Shown here: positions 12,612-24,170 of the stretch, piece after piece | Position numbering within the stretch: position 1 is the stretch's first letter | How the letters are laid out: every line of letters starts with the position of its first letter | Assembly: GCF_023055435.1 (NCBI RefSeq) | Contig: NW_025963891.1 | Location: forward strand, 19,344,001-19,408,000 | DNA length: 64,000 bases | Direction: 5' to 3' | Origin: Haliotis rufescens | Lineage: Eukaryota | Program-made: the position numbers and the translations under genes | The notes under the pieces: model-generated | What the model saw: the letters and a program-made list of their open reading frames with translations, nothing else | Databases searched by the model: none | What the model was told of the DNA's origin: nothing

Positions 12612-12963
12612 TGACCGCCTCCGTGGTCTAGAGGTAGAGCGTCCGCCCGGAGAGCGGAAGGTCCGGGGTTCGATCCCCGGCCGCGTCATACCAAAAGACG
12701 TTAAAAGATGGTACTTGTTGTTACCTTGTCTGGCGCTCGGCATTAAGGGGCTAAAACAAGTACTAGTCGGCTCGGAGTCAGTATACTGTGTCTGAGTGAG
12801 GTATTCATGTTAAACTGCGGCATGGTATCTCAGTGTGCTAGCACTATAAATCGGCATCAGTCCGGACTAGTACAAGCAGCCACCCACACGTGCATGCATG
12901 TCGCTATATAAGTGCAATAATTCAGGTCGCGACGTTAAACCCAATTTCACCTCACCTCACCTC
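12612..12963 (+). mobile_element. Full-length tRNA-headed V-SINE-like element (family B)
   Basis: A/B boxes (tggtctagaggtag; ggttcgatccc), V-domain-like gtcataccaaaagac...ggcattaaggg, (CACCT)n tail; absent at the paralogous site near 44630. Confidence 0.92.
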
Positions 12964-13501
12964 TGTCGGCACATGGAGCAATAGCCTGCACTCACATGCT
13001 AATGCTAAGCAACGAGACACTCAAATAATGCTCTTGAGCTTTGATATCAAACAATGACCTTCATACATAAAGTTGAAATGCCATTAATCATACATTGAAG
13101 TCATTCTGACAGTGGTAACATATCACCGCGAGGGTTCCTGTCGATGGTGTTCAGGCTTAGAGAAAAACATTTCATGTTGACTTAGATTAAAAGTTGGTGT
13201 AGACCTCTGGGGACCTATGGCTAGACTGACAGACGGAGGCATTGAGATATTCCTCCAGAGACTTTCGTGCCACATTGTTTCTTTAAAATCCCATGACTAG
13301 AATATCACGTGATGCTGTGTAACTGTGCACATGCCACAAGTCAAGTAAAGTTAAGTGACGTTGGTCACGGAGAGTAGGTGGATGGGTGATGGTGTTTGGG
13401 AGTTCGACTCTTGGGAGTTTTAAGGCTTCAGTTGTGCCCCCAAACTCATGATCCATGGCATGATCAACCACATAACATAGGCTGAAGGAGAACATGTAAA
13501 T

Positions 13502-13991
13502 AAAGGGTGTCACGATAAATTGAAATATCGATATATTGCTATTGGTAAGCACTTAAGTCAATAAATCGATTGTTAAATCAGTTTCCGATCAATAGTATCG
13601 ATTTCAGTTAGGAATATCGATAGTTCCGGTTGCATTTACCATTTCAATAAAATACATGCAATGCTGTTCAAATTTGTTTTTCTTTTGATCAAGAGTGTGA
13701 GTAATTTACACATGGTAATGTGGAAGTATGTTTTCTTAAATTATTAGGGTAAAGAAAAAACAAATAAGTCATATTTTAAACTTTACTTTTTATTTGTTGT
13801 TATGGTTATCACATTCAAAGGAAACTTCAGTACCAAGGTTTAATTCAACTCTAAAATCCATCTATAATGATACACTGAAAACTGTCGATATTTATCGCAA
13901 TAGTTGCTTGCATATCAATAGTTATCGCAATAGTTTCTTTCAATATCAATAGTTATCGTAATAGTGATTTCCAGACCAATAGTCAGCCCCA
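13502..13991. mobile_element. hAT-like MITE
   Basis: Flanked by atgtaaat(a) direct repeat (13494-13501, 13992-13999); degenerate agggtg.../cagcccc ends; subterminal atcg/caatagtt repeats; empty site near 45146-45165. Confidence 0.75.
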
Positions 13992-14814
13992 ATGTAAATA
14001 ATGTAAATGTGGGTCAGGTTTAATTTGATATTAATCCCATTTGACCACAACTAGACAGGCTGGGATGTCTAACTGTGTCTGGGGATGCCGAGGGAGGACT
14101 ACAATTTCACTGTAGACAGCAGATTTAATTTATATTGATGTTCGTGAGGAAATTCATTGGTTTCTGCTAGGACATCTTACATTTGCCTGGAGCTAATTGC
14201 CATTTTTTACTTCAACATAATTGTCTGCTCCACTACGGTAGAGAGGAATTAGTTAACTTTACAGGCAGGTAGATAATAGACTTCCAGAAGGGGATGTAAA
14301 GAGTTTCGCTCCGAAGGTTCTCTGAAACTGTTTGAAACCAGAAGTTTAACTTTGGGCAAAACTGATGTTGATACCAACATAGTGATGTGAACATGTCACA
14401 GGTGAATGTACCAAAAGAGAACCACATTTGAATCATCAGTTTAATTCTGCCAGGTGGGGAACATTTCGAAATCTGCCTGGAGCTAAGGGGCGGACCATTT
14501 CATTTCTATTGGAAGGGCCGTTTTTTAAAAAACAAACAAAAAACAAACTACATCCCATAATTTTATGTAAATAAAAAAAAATCAGCCTCCATCTGCTTGT
14601 CAATAAAAAGTCTCGACCGAAGTATTGCCATCCTCATCATTACAGAGTATAATCTTTAAGGCATAAGACATAATCTTTTACAGAGAGACATGACCACGAG
14701 AGACTGTTTATTAATAATCATTTCAAATCTTTCATTTTACCAATGTTACCAACAAAGATTGTTTGTTCCTCAAAAAGAACAGGACAAATGTCAAAAGACA
14801 TGAATTAACAACAT

Positions 14815-15420
14815 CATTACAAGTTATGCCATGAGAATCAAGTTGGCCTAAAATGTACCCTATTGCAGTTTGAGATGCATCAGTTGTGAGGATGAAGGGT
14901 TTGTTTTGGTCAGGATTTGCAAGGACGGGGGCTGTTGTAAGGGCTTGCTTTAGCTTTTCGAATGCCTGTTGGCAATTGTTGGACCAATCAAAAGACGCGT
15001 CTTTTTTCTAAAGGTTGTATGGGGGAGAGGCGATGCCAGAAAAGTTTGCTAAATACGAAGCCAAACCTAAGAAATGATGTACGTCATGGAATTTTTTGAC
15101 TGAATCTATTTTTGAAGGATCGACATAGATACCATCTTTGCTGAAGATATGCCCAAAGGAGATGACTTGTTTTGTCGCGAAATTACATTTGATTTGTTTT
15201 AGAGTGAGTCCTGCTTCTTTGATCTTTGGGAATACTGTCTTGATTTCAAATGTTTCGAAAACGTTATGATGTCATCTACATATATTAATATCTACGCCAA
15301 TTCATTTCTTTTAGTGCCTCTGAAATGGTTTGCTGGTATGAGCATTTTTGAGGCCAAAAGGGAGACGATGCCATTCAAAAACACCGTCGGATGTGATGAA
15401 GGCCGACTTGTGTTTTGTGA
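14815..15420 (-). mobile_element. Ty3/Gypsy pol fragment (RT to RNase H), disrupted
   Basis: 'HKSAFITSDGVFEWHRLPFGLKNA', 'YVDDI', 'FDWSNNCQQAFEKLKQALTTAPVLANPD..KPFILTTDASQTAIGYILGQ'. Confidence 0.92.
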
Positions 15421-16721
15421 TGGAGTGGTATTTGCCAAAAGCCACTAGCACAACAGCCTGGTTCCCTGGATATGCTGCGCTGGCGCTACACTGACCCAGG
15501 CAATGACTGCACAATGGCCGCCTCCACTAGACGAACAAACATGGCGGACACGACATGTATTTACTATAAAAAAACGCTAGAACGGGTGGTTATATCTTTT
15601 TCGTAGCATTTTTATGAATGCTTTTGCAATTTATACGTCACGAGAATAACGTCCATTGTTACTGTTAGTGAAGGAAAACATTATTTAAGCTGTTTCAAGA
15701 CTCGAAAGTGGTCGTCACATCGGTGAAATTTAAACATTGACACACACCCATTTTCGACAGTGATATTTTCGTTAATATTTCGTGTCAGGTCACTGTTGTC
15801 ACGAAATCGTAGACATAATACATGGAAATAAATGACCGCGTTAATGAAATACCGTTAGCATCTGTATTTTAGCAAATCTGATGACGCAAATGTCGCCGAT
15901 TATTTCTCCCATTGTAAAGTGGTGTGTTATTGAACACCCAGCATAATAACTAGATAAAAACAACAAACACTTTTGATCCGTAATAATGGTATTTAATGAT
16001 TGGTTCTGACATTTGGCCTTTGGATTTTATTCACACGAAAAGCCATTTATTTCGCATTTGTTTTCTCATTACACAATGAAATTAATCACAAATAGATCTA
16101 ATAATTTTGGAAACATACTGGATTAATTTCAATCTAGTGTTTCTGAACTATGTATGAGCTTGTAAAAATGTCGGGTCTGAATGGGATAATAATGAACATG
16201 TTCATAATTTTGAAGTAATTTGGTACAGTGGCATACACATCCATGTGTATTCTATTTGATGCAATATGGCCATCCATTGGGGAATCCGTGTACAGAACAA
16301 CGTAACGAAGTGTGAATGCCATTATTATTGAAAACTAGCTATGATTATACTCCTCATGTTAGACGAATTATCTGTGTACGAAATTATCTACAAACAAACT
16401 ACTCGAATAAAAGAAATTAAGTAACATTATTGCTCAAGAATAGGAAAAGAAAACCAATATGATCATGATGGTAATACATAACATTAAAAGTGCACAGAAA
16501 ATGTAATATTAGAGGATGAAAGCTGGAGACACGTGTACTTTCCACTATTTATTTGTGAACTGTTGAATTAAGGGTGATGCTTACCCGGTACCAATGGAAC
16601 CAAAGGTTTGGGGGCTTAAAGCCAGTATCCAAGCATATACTGACATCATTTAGAGCATGATATACATGTAGATCTGACAGAAGTAATACATACATGCAAT
16701 ATGATGTCATCATCTATTCAA

Positions 16722-17300
16722 CCCCACCGTCATATAGCTGGAACATTGCTGAGTGCGGCGTTAAACAAAAACAAAACAATGATGAGGTGAAATGGGGTTT
16801 AACGTCGCGTCCAAGATTATTGCACATAGATAGCGACGTGCATGCACGTGTGTGTGTTTGCGTGGCTGCTTGTACTAGTCCGGACACATGCCGGTTTTTA
16901 GCTCGCTGCTTGTACTAGTCGGGACTGATGCCGATTAAAAGTGCTAGCCCACTGAGATACAATGCCGCAGTTTAACATGATTATCCCACTGAGACACAGT
17001 ATAGTGACTCCGAGCCGACCAGTCCTTGTTTTAGCACCTTAATGACGCCTATTGCGTGGATCGATGCTCATGATGTCAATCTCTAGATTGTCTGGTCCAG
17101 ACTCGATTGTTTACAGGCCGGAATAGTGCGGCGTTAAACAACAAACAACAAACAACAATAACAACAACCTTAATACCGAGCGCCAAAGGGCAACAACAAC
17201 AACATCTTTTAATGTACTTTGGTATAACGCGGCCGGGGATCGAACCCATTACCTTCCGCTCTCCGGGCGGACGCTCTACCGCTAGACCACGGAGGCGGTC
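16722..17300 (-). mobile_element. V-SINE-like (family B) copy interrupted and flanked by plus-strand SINE family A fragments (16722-16780, 17048-17165)
   Basis: Reverse complement matches family B from tail (16782) to head (17300); family A 3' pieces embedded. Confidence 0.85.
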
Positions 17301-18284
17301 TGTTTGCTAAGCGATCACTGACATCACTGAAAGCATTATATATCGATATCGATTGTACGATTGTACAACTTATTTGTAGTCTTGTTTAGTGACGTATACA
17401 GAGAAATGAGTCAACGTTGGCTATTTTGTTTCAAAAAGAATGTTAAAATGACAGAAGACGACGCATGACAGAAGTGTCCTTCCGAGACAATGAGGGTTGC
17501 TGGTTAGAATAGGTCCAAAACAACCTATACTTGTACACGGCGACTAAATGGTGCTCGACTGATTGTATGACAACGTATCCCGACGACAAAGACGTTTCTT
17601 TCAATAGCAAAGATTCGATTTTTTCTCAAGGTCGTTGTCCTTTAGATGGAATTGTTGTTGATTGTGGCGTTACACAAACACACGAACAGGTAGAATATAT
17701 AGGAACGCTTCAGGCAATTTGACTGAGGGTTTGATATATCGGGATAATAATGTAACAGTTTCACAAGGCCCAACATTCATGTTCTCATTCAGAAACTTTT
17801 TGCTCTGAGATCTACATTGGTTGCTGACTTTCTTTAATGTTACACGCGACAGATCAGTACTAGTGTCATGCATATACACATGCATAGTGTCGCAACGTTC
17901 GTTCACTGAGGTTATCCATGTCAATGAGGTTAGATGAGGTCAGTGTTATATGTGTAATGATAACCAAATATAATCCAACTGAATGTGGTGATGCGCTCAT
18001 GTGACCAAGGGGAGCTGTTTTTGTTGAAGGCATTTGGTGTCTCTTCCTGTTTTCCTACACATACATCACCGGCCGCATCTATGATTAAAAAGCAAGAAAC
18101 GTTGCTGAGTAAAATAGTGACACCAACAACACGTGACGTATTCAATCAATCAATGTTTATTTTACTGAAAAGGCCATAGGCGTACAGTACATATATACAT
18201 ACAGTAGCAATGGGTGCAAGAGGAATTACATATGTCGTAACTCAATATCACATCTATAAAGCAGAGGATCTGTATGGATGGATG

Positions 18285-18370
18285 ATGTATGTATGTATGT
18301 ATGTATGTATGTATGTATGTATGTATGTATGTATGTATGTATGTATGGATGGATGGATGGATGGATGTAT
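18285..18370. repeat. (ATGT)n/(GGAT)n tetranucleotide microsatellite
   Basis: Directly visible. Confidence 0.95.
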
Positions 18371-18959
18371 GCCGTATTATAAGTACCTAGTAAATATAGT
18401 GCCACAGTTTAAAATGTCAACAAAGATTGTCATGGTTACTTAACGGAAGTGGCTGTCTACATTGATATCTTATTTGATTTGTTGATCTTTGTCTACTCTT
18501 TTCTGCGCCGGCTGGTTCTGGAGAATAAAATGACAGCATTCAGTAAATCTATAACTTGAACATTTACTGACGGAAAAAAGTAACTGTGTTTCATATACAA
18601 TAAAAATAATTGTATTCTGAAATTAGATAATGCATCAATTCAATCTTTCATATTCGTGAAGACGACTTTAATGTCGTGATTCACAATTTGGATGTTTGTG
18701 CGTTTGTTGGGTGCATGATAGTAACACTCGTGTGTTTTTAATGTGAACAGCACATAAGAATTGTTGAGATACCAGGGGCTCAAAAACACTTTTCTTTCAC
18801 CGTAAAAAAACGCTTACGCAATGGCACGGCTTGCTGAAAATAAACGTCTACGCGCCGTGAGTATGCTGCAAACAGGAATGGCGAGATATATAAAGTCGCC
18901 GGACATTTTAAAGGTAATAGAAGGTAATTATTCCTGGGCTGAGACCAATTAATGACACA

Positions 18960-19480
18960 ACCGTTCTCAGCCGGTTGAGGGAACAAAACACCCGACCAGG
19001 ACGTCCAGTGATACGCCCAATTTTGCTTCTACTTCGCCATCAGGCACGCCTTGCTTGGTGTAGACAGCATCTGGGTTTCAGAAGATAAGACTGGGACAGA
19101 ATACTGATCACCGATGAGTCCAGGTTTCATATGGTCAGCTCTGAGGGTCGTGCAAAGGTCTACGGGCGTCCAAGAGAACGTTTTATCGACGCTTCTGTTA
19201 CTCAACGTCGTCCGTTTGTGAGGGGATGTGTAATGGTATGGGGTGGCATGACAACATCATGAAAACATAACTTATCATTGTTAATGGCAGTGTGAATGGC
19301 ATACGCTACCGAGACGACATCGTTCGAGATCACGTTATACCCTTTGTGCTGCAACAGGATAATGACCACATGTTGCACGTGTTGTAACAGAGTTTCTGAG
19401 GCCGCAGACCATTGTCCTGCTATGACCGGCTGTTTCTCCAGACCTTTCCCCATAGAACATGTCTGGGATGTCTTATATGA
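18960..19480 (+). mobile_element. Tc1/mariner transposase relic (unit 1)
   Basis: 'RHQARLAWCRQH', 'TDESRF', 'VMVWGG', 'QQDN', 'SPDL.PIEHVWD' across frameshifts. Confidence 0.9.
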
Positions 19481-20327
19481 AGCCAAGTTACCTTTTTTGT
19501 TAGTGTATACAAACCAACTGATTAGGTGATGTCTGCTGGAAAGGGTTCTGATTCCAACAAAAGAGCAATCTTCCCAAAATGGTTACCGCTTCGCTAAATG
19601 TGATTCTCATCGATAATTACGTGCGGAGACCACACGTTGTAATTTTACAAATCAATGTTTGTCAGCTTCCTCTTACACCACATGTATGTTGAGATGACTT
19701 TACAAGAAGTCATACCACTTTCACTGATTCAGGTTATATATGGAGAGAGAATATGAAATTGAATTGACGCATCATCTGATCTCAGATAACACATGCAAAT
19801 TATTGAGAACATAAAACCCTGACCGTACATTGTTTACCCAACAACTCTCGTGCATCCATATGCCGAGAACTAGTTAGCCGAATCTGAAGCTGGTGCTGTC
19901 TTAAATCATCGTCAGTTGAAACAGGAAGCAAAAACAGGACCAGATATAACAGTTCCTTTTCATTAACGATACAAAAGTACAAGCGATGTTTTATTTATTC
20001 GGCCTTGGAAATAAATCGATTGCTTTGATGAACGCTTCAAAACCTGAGGGATATTAATACTCGTATTAATGTCACGTGCAAGAAAAGTTTATATAAATGT
20101 CAACTATAAAAACGTTTATGTAACTGTTAACTATGAAAAAGCTAAACGTCAAAGGACATTTACGTAATTTGAAAAGAAATATTAATTGTTAAACTCCCAC
20201 AAAGTTTATATATTGCACAACTATAAAAAAACCACTTAACTTCAGAAGCTTTTCAAGAAACACTGCCGTTCTGAATACATTTCAATAATGAAAGATGTTT
20301 GATTTGTGTTTTTTAAAACAAAATTAC

Positions 20328-21143
20328 AAATCTAGTTTTTGAATGACATTTAGAAGTGAAATACATAAGGAAGAGAATTTTTGGATGTCACCTTATTTAT
20401 AATGATATATATATTATTATATTTACCAACATAGATGTCTCCTTTTCTGGCAGGAAAACGATCAACATCGATCTACTAGCCAATGGCGGATCACCTGCAA
20501 CCGGATCACCTGCAACAGTGGTCACCAATACATTGGAGAAACCCTCAGATTTCTCAACACCAGACTCAAAGAACATCAGACCTCTATCAACAAACGTGAG
20601 CTGAAATCCGCTGTTTTCGAACATATCCTCAAGCTCCAAGACCAAACCATAATGTGGGTATACGTAGTCCTGTCTACCAACAAAAACTGGCGACAAAGAA
20701 ATCTACAAGAAGCCACTGACATCAGGAGACACCAGCCGGCCATGAAACGTGTCCAGGGAACCTATGTGCCCAGTGCTTGGAATTTATTGCTTTGATTATT
20801 GTCTGAGCTAATAATCCTTCTGGCTTCCATTTCTCCATTGCCATTTCCATTGCTATCAGCCATCAGTGATAATTACCCCGCCTCTCATTTGCCCTTTGTC
20901 CATTACAATCAGTGATAATTAAAGTCCTAGCTTCCAGTTGTCCTATGTGCTATCAACTATCAGCGCTAATTAACTGTTGGCTTCCCTTGTTAAGTTTTCA
21001 CCTTTGTTATCTTACTACTTTTGTTGTTCTTAAAGGTTCTTTGCTTCATGGCATTTATTCACCTGTTGAATGCGTAGGTATATACTCCGAAACGTTGTGC
21101 TTCTCATAAATAAAAATGTTGACATTCATAAATTCTCTTCCTT
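20328..21143 (+). mobile_element. 5'-truncated Penelope element: inverted pLTR piece, GIY-YIG C-terminus, pLTR with mutated hammerhead
   Basis: 'SAVFEHILK..DQTIMW' GIY-YIG tail; ctgttga...tactccgaaacgtt at 21063-21096; inverted terminal piece aaggaagagaat; empty site near 51758-51775. Confidence 0.8.
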
Positions 21144-21189
21144 AAAATTCGAAGTGCATTATTTGCAGCATCTTTATAAGTATCATCAG

Positions 21190-23560
21190 AGGGTACGATT
21201 CTAGTCCACGCAACTTACTGTTGAAATGACTTACAGGTGTAACACCCTGTAGAATGTAGATTGGATGTTCAAAGTCAGTAGATATTGTACATGTTTGGTG
21301 ATACAACCGCCTTAATGTATGGTTTTAATGTATCAATGCATATGTGGTGACATGCAGCATGCGTTCATCACCAGTGCTGAAAATTGATATGCTAGTTTTA
21401 GCATTAATATAATTACCTATCAGGGAGCCATCTACCTCTTGCAGAACAGAACGTTTCTTAAATCAACACTATCTTGGCATGTGGTCCCATAAACGTTTAT
21501 TTACATTTTGCTCGATTGTACCACCAGTTGTCTTTTTATGGTGGCCAGATAGCATGGTGCAGGCTTACGTTTGCATATGTTGACCAAAATTAATAATTAT
21601 ACAATTCTTTTTACACAGATGATAAAAGTACAACAAACAAGGGGCTTACGTGTATAAAGTCTTCATATATTAAACGATAGAAAATATCAATGCAAGAGAA
21701 TAAGCAGGCTTGATTATGTGCCGAAACACATTCCATTTGGCCTAAAGGGCAAAATAACTGTAAACAATATATTGTTGGTTGGTTTGTTGTTTAACGCCGC
21801 ATTCACCAATATTCCAACTATATGACGGCCGTCTGTAAAATAATCGAGTCTGGACCAGACAATCCAGTGATTGATATCATGAGCATCGATCCACGCAATT
21901 GGGATCGATGGCATGCATCAACCAAGTCAGCGAGCCTGACCACCTGATCCCGTTAGTCGCCTTTTACGACAAGCATAGTCACCTTTTACGGCAAGCATGG
22001 GTTGCTGAAGACCTATTCTACCCCGGAAACTTCACTGGTCTGTAAAAATGACATGAATGGACCACTCAGAAATGGACCATAACAAAAGACAATGTATTCA
22101 ATGCTGGTTGTTCAGTCTAATCTCACTGTAGTTAAAAAGTGCATTGTACTTGATGTTCCCTCCACAGTCTATGATTGTGGGTTCGAATCCCGGTTTCCCT
22201 CTTTCATGTTTCTAGGCTTGTCAGGACCATATCCGTGCACATGGGTTTCACCAAAGTTTGAGACCTGCATCATTTCGGTCTTTCCTCCCAAGCTGACACG
22301 ATGTGATAAAACTGGAATACTGTTAAAAGCGACGTTAAAGCCAACTCACCGTTCCTCCGATCTCTCTAAAATGGTCTTTTTAACTTTAACTTTAGTTCAT
22401 CGTATATTGATCGAATGCATTACCGAAGCACATCAATCGTATGCCACAAATTCATTACAAGGGGGCACGCTTTTTGTACATATATGTTTTTCTAGTCAAA
22501 CAATTTGTTCAATAAACACGATGAGAGGTTCTTTCAAATTCTCCAATGTTTGCATACTATTTACATTTCAACATCAGCGTTGGAGGCTTTCATGTCTGCC
22601 TGAGTAGTTTTCGTTCATCAAACATCATTCAAATAATTTCTTCGCAATCACGAACAGGTCTGTTGTCCGACAACGCTTCTGCATTTTAATCTTATTCAAG
22701 GCAAATGTGTTACGTTACATGAACAAGTGTCTTATTTCCATTTATTCAAAACATTCCTTGGTGACGACTTCTGCTTCTATTGACATTTAGCTGTTGTGCC
22801 CAAGGGAACAGCAGCATTTGAAATTTCCCAATGTCATTTAATACATAGTAGGAATATTTTATTGAACGAATCATTTTTGAAAATGTTTAGTCTTATTTTC
22901 ATTGAAGCAAATATAGCTACTACACTAGAAACACAATCGGGACGAACCGGAATCAAAAGTTTCTGGCATGTCCAAGAGACGCAACTCTGCACAGCAAATT
23001 GCGACGGCTTAGACGACAGGACCACCCATGTCTCCTCGGTTAACTCTAAGTGCTTTTTGACTACATAATGCTTGGCAATGATATGAAAGCGGTCATCTGA
23101 TAGATGCATTTCAATTTCATTTATCTGGTGATAGGAACCAGATAAGGGCTTGTGTTCCTTGTTGTACTTGCTGCATTTAAGGATAAACATACAAACCAAA
23201 TCCAATTCTGATGAATGGAAAAATAGGATTTCCTTCCTATAAGCATCTTTGAATACTGTTGAAATCGGCGTTAAATCCAAGTATAGTTATGTAGAACCCC
23301 ACACTCCTTTGCACATTCGGTGTCCCTATTAAAGATAGGAGATAACGGAAAAGTTATTATGCTTTGCTAATACATGTGTCAAATGTGAACATAAAAAAAA
23401 AAAATATTGAAAGATGAATGAAGAAACGTTTTGTTGTAGCACATATAAACAATAATAACAAGTGATAGTGACCAACACCTACGATTAAGAAAGAGTTGGA
23501 AGTCGTTTCTCAGACATCAATAATGTTCTACTGACAGACATGGCTTGATGAACTGTCATT
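21190..23560 (-). pseudogene. GPCR pseudogene Y, copy 1 (part of ectodomain plus 7TM)
   Basis: 'IGKFQMLLFP' (~22815), 'HICTKSVPPCNEF' (~22460), TM1 'LNTLSFVMVHF', ECL2/TM5 'VYGTTCQDSVDLRNVLFC...AP..VIIL' (21477-21491), TM7 'IYILQGV...FNSK' (21241-21252). Confidence 0.55.
21775..22040 (-). mobile_element. SINE family A inserted in gene Y copy 1
   Basis: Full reverse copy; absent in Y copy 2. Confidence 0.9.
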
Positions 23561-23599
23561 CATACATAAAAACGACCAAACCCTCTCCATATAAAATAG

Positions 23600-24170
23600 T
23601 GATGGTACCAGATGCGCGCAAGAAGGTGAGTGTATCCTGCCCCACCGGTGGCTCCGTCACAAACAAATACAAAGGCAAGTCAATTGTTCACCTAAACAAT
23701 ACACGGTAGCATATTGTACAAGTTAAAATACGGAATTGTATCGGACATATTTTTTGTCGTAAACGCCATATATGAAAATGTCCTCGACGTGTCTACCGTA
23801 AAACATTGACTGTTGTAACCGTGATCAAACAACTTCTGAGCAAGAATCGTATGACGCTGTTTGAAATCTTTGTAGAAAGAGGATGCTTGATTGTACCTCC
23901 AAAGTTGTGAAATGTAGACACCAAGTGCTGGAGCTGTAGGAATATTGCTCGACAAAAAGGAAAAGTTGACAATTGGAAAGTTGAAGTCATCCCTCTTGTC
24001 ATACAGACTTGTGGAGAGTGTTTTGTCCCTCTGAATCTTTATGCATAGATATAAATATGAACCAGATGAGTCGGCCTCACTGGTTTCCTTTATTTCAAGT
24101 TGAGAAGGTGGGCGCATTACTGGAAGGGAATTGGCTATGTGAAGGCAGTGGAACGATGTCAGATCATCGA
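23600..24170 (-). mobile_element. Penelope-like retroelement RT thumb fragment
   Basis: ORF 23692..24117 'LEIKETSE..SSGSYL.L...LSTSLYDKRDDFNFPIVNFSFLSSNIP..PALGVYISQL.RY'. Confidence 0.85.

Larger units (their letters stand above)
11280..18000 (-). pseudogene. GPCR pseudogene X, copy 1 (signal-peptide-like start to TM6/7, internal deletions, many insertions)
   Basis: ATG at 18000 in the block homologous to MSASPHSVGLYLVIITHITLTSS; 'GGNEIRV/CIDF' pre-TM1 motif near 11780; TM6-7-like 'HF/LIYITF...GFIPILLPLFRFVFNKFFAA...VVFFMPNE' at 11440-11620; collinear with copies 2-4. Confidence 0.55.

Noticed and set aside
12612-12690. Functional tRNA genes (also near 2020, 28060, 28800 and 48600)
   Set aside because: The A/B boxes continue into SINE bodies or TSD-flanked inserts, with no convincing cloverleaf
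14484-14610. Helitron/Helentron-type end (aggggcggaccattt; similar reversed near 61780-61800)
   Set aside because: Too short and degraded to pair ends or define an element
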